Shown: in pieces, positions 1 to 5,684 of the stretch
Numbering within the stretch: position 1 is the first letter of the stretch
Layout of the letters: each line of letters starts with the position of its first letter
DNA from: a virus
Direction: 5' to 3' (one strand)
Length of the DNA stretch: 37,056 bases
IMG/VR virus record: IMGVR_UViG_3300042731_004196
Span: 1-37,056 of that record
Translations under genes and position numbers: made by a program
The notes under the pieces: model-generated
Seen by the model: only the letters and a program-made list of their open reading frames with translations
Databases searched by the model: none
What the model was told of the DNA's origin: nothing

Positions 1-90
1 GGGATGCGGACCAGAGGGATGCGGACCAGAGGGATGCGGATCGGAGGGATGCGGACCAGAGGGATGCGGATCGGAGGGATGCGGACCGAG
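1..90. repeat. 15-bp tandem repeat array, 6 copies (GGGATGCGGACCAGA; variants ending ATCGGA or ACCGAG)
   Basis: Direct reading gives units at 1-15, 16-30, 31-45, 46-60, 61-75 and 76-90. The same unit recurs at the right end of the window. Confidence 0.95.
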
Positions 91-694
91 GAGAGGGCAG
101 ATGTAGCAGTCAACCTGCCGGGTGAGAGGCGCCCGAGGATTACACTCGCGCACACACACTGGCGGCGAGACGGTGCCCGTAAAAAAAAGTTAAGAATGGG
201 TCATTCATCACATTTTGCGGGCTCCGAGCTGTATTTAGGGCCTCTGGCGACAGACCCTTTTTTCTCTTACAAATCAGGTTACACTGTGGCACACTGGACC
301 CTATTCTCTACACCCTGGTGTGCGAAATCTGCCTGTAATCTCCACATCCTAGTGCAATCCTCACGCGCGCTCGCACACAGAGAAACCCTGGTGTAATCCA
401 CCTCTTGCCAACCTGCCGAGTACGGTTTGCTTTTAACTTGAATTCATACAAGCAGTCTCTCGAAATAACCACCATGTGCCCGCACGGAAACCAGATGGCG
501 CGGTTTCCAACTCGGGCAACCCTACTCTCGACGGTCCTCGCCCTGCCGCCGCCGGTCGGTGGGCGTAGCTCTACGCCCCCCGCCTACTGCCGGGCGCAGC
601 CGGCGTATTGGGCGACCTACGTAACCGGACCGAAGCGAGCCTGCGAGCGGAGGGTCCGAGTTTACGCGGTTGTTAGATTTTTCCTTCTCGGGAC

Positions 695-723
695 TTGACT
701 TTATATATATGTATACATATACT
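695..723 (+). promoter_or_regulatory. Early promoter P1: TTGACT-17 nt-TATACT, with a 16-bp perfect palindrome (706-721, TATATGTATACATATA) in the spacer and -10 region
   Basis: -35 at 695-700 and -10 at 718-723. An AT-rich TTGTTAGATTTT motif sits at 670-681. The first + strand gene starts 48 nt downstream. Confidence 0.6.
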
Positions 724-770
724 AGACTTAACGGTTAGGGAATAAGCCCGCCGGGACCAGGAGACGAAAA

Positions 771-941
771 ATGCTTACCACTGACACCCTGCACGACACC
801 ATCGTAGTCTGCGACACCGAGGGCGGAACCTGGTGGCCGGATGAAGACGCCGAGTCCGAGATTAACGCAGCCGCAAACCCGGAAGCCAAGGCTATCGAGA
901 TTTGCGATCAGGAGCCGGATCGCGGGACCTGGATGCAGTGA
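771..941 (+). CDS. Hypothetical small, strongly acidic protein (56 aa); first early gene
   Basis: ATG 771 is preceded by AGGAG (758-762). About 14 D/E versus 2 K/R. The stop overlaps the next start (GTGA at 938-941). Confidence 0.55.
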   Translation: MLTTDTLHDTIVVCDTEGGTWWPDEDAESEINAAANPEAKAIEICDQEPDRGTWMQ

Positions 942-1114
942 GATCGAAGGCCCTCAAGGCCGCTCAGGTGAAATACCTGAGCGGCAAGCCGAAGCCGATC
1001 ACATTTCGGCTAGACGGCGGGCCGCGCGAAAAGCTTAGAGCGCAGCAGCAGGATAGTGAGAGCGAAAATCAGACTGCAAAGCGCCTGCTGCTGGATGCCC
1101 TGGCGAAAATCTAA
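938..1114 (+). CDS. Ribbon-helix-helix (CopG/Arc-like) DNA-binding protein, 58 aa
   Basis: GTG 938 is coupled to the upstream stop. PITFRLDGGPREKLRAQ...TAKRLLLDAL fits a beta-strand/helix/helix RHH pattern. Confidence 0.6.
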   Translation: MRSKALKAAQVKYLSGKPKPITFRLDGGPREKLRAQQQDSESENQTAKRLLLDALAKI

Positions 1115-1121
1115 CGACCAG
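1111..1121 (+). repeat. Half copy (CTAACGACCAG) of the conserved 3'-end element
   Basis: Matches the first 11 nt of the element at 2920-2941. Its TAA is the stop codon of the RHH gene. Confidence 0.6.
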
Positions 1122-1135
1122 ATAGGAGTTTTGCT

Positions 1136-1804
1136 GTGAGCAAAGCGAATCCGCAAGAACGTGTTGTTAGGCCACGTTTGCTCGACCTGTACTGTTGTGC
1201 GGGAGGCGCTGCGATGGGCTACTACAATGCAGGATTTGATGTGGTTGGCGTTGATATTTGCCACCAGAAAAACTACCCGTTTGAGTTCCATCAGGCCGAT
1301 GCGCTGGAGTTCTTGCACCTGCGCGGCCACGAGTTTGACGCGATACACGCAAGCCCGCCGTGCCAAGCCTACAGCGAAACCAGAAAGATACAGCGCAACG
1401 AACACCCGGATCTGATACCGCCGACACGTACAGCACTGCAAAAGCTTGGCTTGCCGTGGGTAATCGAGAATGTGCCTGGGGCGCCGCTTATAAACCCGGT
1501 GATGCTGTGCGGGGCAATGTTTGGGCTACGCACATACCGGCATAGGCTGTTTGAAACGAGCTTACCGATAACTGTGCCGGCACACCCGGAGCACACCGCG
1601 CCACAAGCGAAGATGGGGCGACCGCCGAAAGCTGGCGAGTTTATCCACGTGGTTGGCAACTTTCCTGGTGTGGATTACGCACGAAAAGCGATGGAGATTG
1701 ACTGGGCGAATAGGAACGAAATGGCGCAGGCGATACCGCCAGCCTACACCGAATATTTAGGGCGGCAACTTCGAGCGGCGCTGATGCTGCGACAAGCGGC
1801 TTGA
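1136..1804 (+). CDS. DNA (cytosine-5) methyltransferase, compact 222-aa form
   Basis: Motif I DLYCCAGG, motif IV SPPCQAYS, motif VI VIENVPG, an RxR-like YRHRLFE and a motif X-like AQAIPPAY. GTG 1136 follows TAGGAG. Confidence 0.88.
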   Translation: MSKANPQERVVRPRLLDLYCCAGGAAMGYYNAGFDVVGVDICHQKNYPFEFHQADALEFLHLRGHEFDAIHASPPCQAYSETRKIQRNEHPDLIPPTRTALQKLGLPWVIENVPGAPLINPVMLCGAMFGLRTYRHRLFETSLPITVPAHPEHTAPQAKMGRPPKAGEFIHVVGNFPGVDYARKAMEIDWANRNEMAQAIPPAYTEYLGRQLRAALMLRQAA

Positions 1805-1965
1805 TTTGCCCGGTTAGATTGGGCTCTCCAGTTGGCGCACAGCGTCAGGAGTTCCGCGCGACGCTTTACGGGTATACGAACTTCGACGCGAACGATACCG
1901 GCTTTGCGGTCTCGTTCCCGGCTAGCGTTAACGTCTTTTCGGTTTTGGCCTTTGGTGCTTGGCAT
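1744..1965 (-). CDS. Small basic protein, probable RHH-type DNA-binding protein (73 aa)
   Basis: ATG 1965 has GGAG 8 nt upstream. RERDRKAGIVRVEVRIPVKRRAELLTL resembles small plasmid/phage RHH regulators. The 3' end overlaps the MTase 3' end by 61 nt. Confidence 0.5.
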   Translation of the reverse strand: MPSTKGQNRKDVNASRERDRKAGIVRVEVRIPVKRRAELLTLCANWRAQSNRANQAACRSISAARSCRPKYSV

Positions 1966-2011
1966 GATGGTTTCTCCAGAAACGAAAAACCGCCCCGAAG
2001 GGCGGTTGCGG

Positions 2012-2233
2012 TTATGCGGCAAGTTGGGACTGGCGAATCCAGTAGAAGACCTCCCACGCTTCGACCCCTGCGGAAACGCCATTGTGGCGCATAACGCGGA
2101 TTCGGTTTTGAGCGATTCCGCTCACCCTGGAGAGCTTGCGAATCGTTACGCCAGTGCGGCGCATCATGCTGGAAATTTGCTTTCCTTCCAGTTCGCCGAA
2201 ACCACGATGAGACATGTTTTGGAATTGGTTCAT
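2012..2233 (-). CDS. Helix-turn-helix DNA-binding protein (Ner/Nlp-like), 73 aa
   Basis: ATG 2233 has GAGG 6 nt upstream. ISSMMRRTGVTIRKLSRVSGIAQNRIRVMRHNG is HTH-like. It is the first gene after the consensus leftward promoter. Confidence 0.6.
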   Translation of the reverse strand: MNQFQNMSHRGFGELEGKQISSMMRRTGVTIRKLSRVSGIAQNRIRVMRHNGVSAGVEAWEVFYWIRQSQLAA

Positions 2234-2331
2234 GATAACCTCTGGTCAGTTGTTTGGTTTCCGATTTGCTCCGGGACTCTATCCCGGTTTCGCCTCGGTC
2301 CCGACCTTTGAGCGGGCCGTTCGCTTAACTT

Positions 2332-2362
2332 GGTATCTATTATAGATACCTTACCGGTAAGG
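2332..2362. promoter_or_regulatory. Two abutting perfect palindromes (putative operators): GGTATCTATtATAGATACC and CCTTACCGGTAAGG
   Basis: The 19-bp palindrome at 2332-2350 covers the -10. The 14-bp palindrome at 2349-2362 fills the spacer of the leftward promoter. Confidence 0.6.
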
Positions 2363-2368
2363 TGTCAA
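2339..2368 (-). promoter_or_regulatory. Leftward promoter: TTGACA-18 nt-TATAAT (both hexamers consensus)
   Basis: On the minus strand, TTGACA is the reverse complement of 2363-2368 and TATAAT of 2339-2344. It drives the 2233-to-1744 operon. Confidence 0.6.
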
Positions 2369-2395
2369 GCACAAAGGTGGCGTTTCCGAAAGAAT

Positions 2396-2419
2396 CTAAC
2401 GACCGCCGTCAGCCGACGC
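2396..2419 (+). repeat. Conserved ~24-nt element CTAACGACCGCCGTCAGCCGACGC
   Basis: One of three full copies (also 2920-2941 and 5969-5994). This copy is not at the end of any ORF. Confidence 0.8.
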
Positions 2420-2472
2420 ACCAAAGGCGCGCGCGGCTTGATGAGCTTGTTAGATTTTCTTTCCCTCGGATG

Positions 2473-2501
2473 TTGACAGTACACCCGTTGGGTGTATTAT
2501 A
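2473..2501 (+). promoter_or_regulatory. Early promoter P2: TTGACA-16/17 nt-TATTAT/ATTATA, with the 17-bp palindrome TACACCCgttGGGTGTA (2480-2496) in the spacer
   Basis: -35 at 2473-2478. TTGTTAGATTTT lies at 2447-2458, the same upstream position as in P1. Confidence 0.6.
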
Positions 2502-2546
2502 TCACTCAGGGCGACGCACAACGCGAAGCCAAACCGGAGAAATAAG

Positions 2547-2723
2547 ATGCTGCTAACCAAAAGCGAAACCTACGACATTGACGCGCTGGAATTCTCGGGA
2601 TGGACTGAGGGCGACGGAAGCAGCACCGACGGGTATTCAGCATGGGCGTATTTCGACGCAGACAGGCGCTACCTCGGCCCTGATGAGTATGGTATCGAGC
2701 CAGAATTCGCGGATGCTGAATGA
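2547..2723 (+). CDS. Hypothetical small acidic protein (58 aa)
   Basis: ATG 2547 has GGAGA 7 nt upstream. 15 D/E versus 3 K/R. ATGA overlap with the following HTH gene. Confidence 0.55.
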   Translation: MLLTKSETYDIDALEFSGWTEGDGSSTDGYSAWAYFDADRRYLGPDEYGIEPEFADAE

Positions 2724-2923
2724 TCCCAGCAGAGGCCAGGCGAGCGCTGGGCCTCTCCCGCGGGGAGATGGCCCGAGCCATGGGGGTCCACCGCGAAACG
2801 TGGGCGAAGTGGGAGCGCGGAGAGCGACGACCAGATAACGCGGCCACACAACTGATGCGCCTGCTCTGCTGGCTGCGCGAGAAGCGAGGCCCGGCGCTGA
2901 CGCAGTGGCTGAGGGAAATCTAA
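2720..2923 (+). CDS. XRE-family helix-turn-helix regulator (67 aa)
   Basis: LGLSRGEMARAMGVHRETWAKWERGERRP is a typical XRE/MqsA-type HTH. It is translationally coupled to the upstream ORF. Confidence 0.75.
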   Translation: MIPAEARRALGLSRGEMARAMGVHRETWAKWERGERRPDNAATQLMRLLCWLREKRGPALTQWLREI

Positions 2924-2941
2924 CGACCAGCATCAGCCGCC
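2920..2941 (+). repeat. Conserved element CTAACGACCAGCATCAGCCGCC
   Basis: Its TAA is the stop of the HTH gene. Compare 2396-2419 and 5969-5994. Confidence 0.8.
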
Positions 2942-2957
2942 CTGCGAGGAATAAACG

Positions 2958-3179
2958 ATGACCGATGAACAGAACGCGAAACCTGAAGCAGACACCGACC
3001 CGCAGGGTCGGCTGGATGCGCTTGTTAGCTTGCTACTTCGCCGAGGCTACTACGAAGTAGACCCGCGAGTTGTAGGCGAAGGCGCTCAGCTTGTACATGG
3101 CAGGTGGTATATGCCAAGACTCGGCTGCGACACACTACAAATGGTGATAGATGAATTCGGCGACGAATTGGCAAGCTAA
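2958..3179 (+). CDS. Hypothetical protein (73 aa)
   Basis: ATG 2958 has GAGGA upstream. Coding-like composition; no motif recognised. Confidence 0.6.
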   Translation: MTDEQNAKPEADTDPQGRLDALVSLLLRRGYYEVDPRVVGEGAQLVHGRWYMPRLGCDTLQMVIDEFGDELAS

Positions 3180-3272
3180 CGGCGCTTTAACCAGCGCCAC
3201 GGCGGAGTAGAGATCGGACGCCGGAGTTTAACGCGTCTGCGTTCAAAGCATTGTTATGCGCGGGAGGTTCGC

Positions 3273-3470
3273 ATGAGGGTACAAGGCACGGCAGAAATGG
3301 GGCATGAAATCGCGCGTAGGAATGTAGACCAGGCAGTGATTCAACTTTGGCTGGCGTTGCGGGACTTGAGCGATTTCGATGACGAATACATGCGCGAAGA
3401 TGACCTGGATTTGTGGGGGAAGGTCACAGCCCACAGAGCAATACAGAATGCGTTTAATCGGAGCGCATAA
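3273..3470 (+). CDS. Hypothetical acidic protein (65 aa)
   Basis: ATG 3273 is preceded by GGGAGG. No motif recognised. Confidence 0.55.
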   Translation: MRVQGTAEMGHEIARRNVDQAVIQLWLALRDLSDFDDEYMREDDLDLWGKVTAHRAIQNAFNRSA

Positions 3471-3532
3471 CGAAAAAGCTCAGTTGTTGCGCAGGAGCGC
3501 AGCGACGGAGCAATCAACTGGAGCGACTGGTT

Positions 3533-3883
3533 ATGTGTGATTTTATTCTTAGCGTTGAAAAGGCCAATTTCCACCCGGGCGGGACAGCCCTCCGTGGCGA
3601 AGCCATGACGCCGAGTGACAGGTGCGCGCTCAAACCGAAGAAGGACAACTTCGGGCGCAAGCATGATCCAATTCGCTGGGTAATGAGTGGCGGCAGCCCT
3701 ATTACTGTGGCGCACCCGTGCAGCGCCGCCTGCCCTCTGAAAGTTCCCGCTGAAATCGGTGGGTACGGGAGCAGCTTCACTGGGCCATGCCCTGTGTGCC
3801 ACCGCATTGGCAAGCGTGCTGATGCAGGGTATGTGACGTGCCGTGAATGTGGTACTGGGTTTGAGCTAATTGATAACACATAA
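3533..3883 (+). CDS. Hypothetical protein with a C-terminal zinc ribbon (116 aa)
   Basis: CPVC...CREC pair near the C-terminus. ATG 3533 is preceded by GGAGCGACTGGTT. Confidence 0.6.
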   Translation: MCDFILSVEKANFHPGGTALRGEAMTPSDRCALKPKKDNFGRKHDPIRWVMSGGSPITVAHPCSAACPLKVPAEIGGYGSSFTGPCPVCHRIGKRADAGYVTCRECGTGFELIDNT

Positions 3884-3893
3884 CGTGAAGCCT

Positions 3894-3957
3894 AAGCCGA
3901 CCCGCGCGGCTACAGGGCTTGAAATTCCAGCCAAGAGTCGACGTGCGGGGTCGGCTT
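3894..3957 (+). other. Long imperfect hairpin (about 15-bp stem, 33-nt loop) followed by TTGTTAGCGATTTTTT
   Basis: AAGCCGACCC (3894-3903) pairs with GGGTCGGCTT (3948-3957), plus 5 more bp with one bulge. Possibly an atypical terminator or a structured RNA. Confidence 0.4.
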
Positions 3958-3991
3958 GGGGCACTTGTTAGCGATTTTTTGAGACTTAACG

Positions 3992-4627
3992 ATGAGCGAA
4001 TACCACAAGATACAAACCGTTTTTAAGCGTGACCCGGCCGCCAAGTACAGGACATTGCTGGAAGGTGACTACTCTTTGCCAGAGTTTGAATACCTCGCCA
4101 ATAACAAGTGGGTGTTCACCGAGAAGGTAAACGGGACCAACATTCGCGTTTACTGCCGCGGCGGAAAAGTGACTTTCGGCGGGAGGACTGACCGCGCGCA
4201 GATACCGGCAACACTGATTGAACGACTGAACGAGCGATTTTTGCCTCAGGTGGAACGGTTCTCCGAAGTGTGCAACGGAGCGGATGTGCGCCTGTACGGC
4301 GAAGGCCACGGCGCGAAGATTCAAAAAGATGGCGGCAATTACAGGCATGACCAGGACTTCGTTTTGTTCGATGTACTGGTTGGCGATGGGTGGTTACAAC
4401 GGCCTGACGTGGAAGACGTTGCAGGCAAGCTGGGGTTAGACGTTGTGCCGGTAGTGGGCGCAGGCACCTTGCTCGAAATGGTGGAGCAGGCAAAGGCGGG
4501 GGTTCAATCCACCTGGGGGGATTTCCAGGCCGAGGGGTATGTGGCGCGGCCTGCTATGGAACTGAGAGCGGGGGGCGGACACCGCCTGATTACTAAAATT
4601 AAATGCCGGGATTTCGTGTATCGCTAA
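3992..4627 (+). CDS. ATP-dependent RNA ligase (RNA_ligase/Rnl2-like nucleotidyltransferase fold), 211 aa
   Basis: Motif I EKVNGTN (KxNG), motif III FVLFDV, motif IV EGYVARP, motif V ITKIKCRDF. Confidence 0.8.
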   Translation: MSEYHKIQTVFKRDPAAKYRTLLEGDYSLPEFEYLANNKWVFTEKVNGTNIRVYCRGGKVTFGGRTDRAQIPATLIERLNERFLPQVERFSEVCNGADVRLYGEGHGAKIQKDGGNYRHDQDFVLFDVLVGDGWLQRPDVEDVAGKLGLDVVPVVGAGTLLEMVEQAKAGVQSTWGDFQAEGYVARPAMELRAGGGHRLITKIKCRDFVYR

Positions 4628-4667
4628 CAGTTATTTAAAAGCCGCAGGCGAGTAGATGACAACCATC

Positions 4668-4692
4668 GCCCCCGGCGGATAGAGTGATTTAT
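4668..4692 (+). repeat. 25-bp exact direct repeat GCCCCCGGCGGATAGAGTGATTTAT (copy 1), heading a ~120-nt duplicated intergenic module
   Basis: Identical to 5564-5588. The downstream ~100 nt of both copies align at roughly 75% identity by eye. Confidence 0.9.
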
Positions 4693-4790
4693 AACGCAAA
4701 TTTCAGCCGCGCCCCGCACGGTGGCCGGGGTGAGGCGCATAAGTTTCCGGCGTCGGCTGGAAATTTTGGTTAGCCACCAGTGCTCAATAG

Positions 4791-5078
4791 GTGACAAAAA
4801 TGACTGAGGCATTAACGAACTTCTCCTGGGCTTTGAACCAAATCAAAGCCGGAAAGAAGATGCAGCGGGCAGGCTGGAACGGCAAAGGCATGTTCGTGTT
4901 CCTCGTTCCAGGCTCGACTTTTCAGGTGAGCCGCGCACCGTTGCTCGGCATCTACCCGGAAGGCACCGAGATCAACTACCACGCCCACATCGACATGCGC
5001 ACCGCAGATGGCCAGGTCGTGCCCTGGCTTGCATCCCAAACGGACATCCTCGCCGATGACTGGCAGGAAGCGGCGTAA
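4791..5078 (+). CDS. DUF2829-family protein (Tad2-like candidate anti-Thoeris sponge), about 92-95 aa
   Basis: FSWALNQIKAGKKMQRAGWNGKGMFVFL ... WLASQTDILADDWQ matches the DUF2829 signature as I recall it. Start is GTG 4791 or ATG 4800. Confidence 0.78.
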   Translation: MTKMTEALTNFSWALNQIKAGKKMQRAGWNGKGMFVFLVPGSTFQVSRAPLLGIYPEGTEINYHAHIDMRTADGQVVPWLASQTDILADDWQEAA

Positions 5079-5115
5079 TGCACTGCTGCCAAGGATGGTG
5101 GCTAACGTTTCAAAT

Positions 5116-5154
5116 CAGCCGGCCCGCGTCGTTTGCGGGATCGGCTGTATTTGG
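5116..5154 (+). terminator. Putative intrinsic terminator after the DUF2829 gene
   Basis: CAGCCGgCCCGC / GCGGGatCGGCTG stem (11 bp, two bulges), followed by TATTTGG. Confidence 0.45.
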
Positions 5155-5184
5155 TGGTTATAAATAACATTGCTGAGGACTCTA

Positions 5185-5583
5185 ATGAAAACGGGAACAT
5201 GTAAACACTTCAACGGCACACAGCATGATGCTTGCGTGGCAGGCATCAATATCCGAGAAATGGCCGGCGGGGAAAATCGCGGGTGGGCACGTCGAATGCC
5301 TTGCATGAAAAGCAACGGTTCTACCGTTACCTGCAACCAGTACAGCGAGCCGACAGCGGAAGAGTTGGCAGCAGAGGAAGCAAAATGGGCCGAGATCTTT
5401 AAAAACGTGGCGCTGGTGCAACCGATAATGAGGGAGCTTAAAACCGAATATAAAGGCCAAAACCGGGATGGGGTCAGAGAGTGCCCGGTATGCGGAAACA
5501 AGCTGCATTTGGCGATATTCGCAGAGAACGGCCATGTTCACGGGATGTGCGAAACGGACGCCTGCCCCCGGCGGATAGAGTGA
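5185..5583 (+). CDS. Cysteine-rich (multi zinc-finger-like) hypothetical protein, 132 aa
   Basis: ATG 5185 has GAGGA 5 nt upstream. Motifs CKHF..C, CPVCGNKLH...NGHVHGMCETDAC. The 3' end lies inside repeat copy 2. Confidence 0.7.
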   Translation: MKTGTCKHFNGTQHDACVAGINIREMAGGENRGWARRMPCMKSNGSTVTCNQYSEPTAEELAAEEAKWAEIFKNVALVQPIMRELKTEYKGQNRDGVRECPVCGNKLHLAIFAENGHVHGMCETDACPRRIE

Positions 5584-5588
5584 TTTAT
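5564..5588 (+). repeat. 25-bp exact direct repeat (copy 2)
   Basis: Identical to 4668-4692. Here it encodes the last residues (..CPRRIE*) of the Cys-rich protein. Confidence 0.9.
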
Positions 5589-5684
5589 GACGGCCGGCGT
5601 GAGTAGCGCAGCCACGCCACTTAACGAAAACCGCCTAGCTTTCCCGCGTCTGCTCGACGCTGTGGTTAGGCGCTAGAGGACACA

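Noticed and set aside
1-90. Possible CRISPR array (also considered for 36714-36749)
   Set aside because: The repeats are directly tandem with no spacers, the units are only 15 or 9 bp, and no cas genes are present.
4-396. 130-aa ORF beginning MRTRGMRTRGMRIGG
   Set aside because: Its N-terminus is simply the translation of the 15-bp tandem repeat. It has no SD and the remainder is not coding-like.
405-698. 97-aa ORF in the left non-coding arm
   Set aside because: TTG start without an SD. It spans hairpins and palindromes, ends inside the P1 upstream motif, and has no recognisable motif.
1832-2311. 159-aa + strand ORF
   Set aside because: It is antisense to two minus-strand ORFs that have good SDs, DNA-binding motifs and a consensus promoter, so it is most likely a GC-rich shadow frame.
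2362-2556. 64-aa + strand ORF spanning P2
   Set aside because: It covers the conserved 24-nt element, a hairpin and the P2 promoter itself, which is inconsistent with a coding region.
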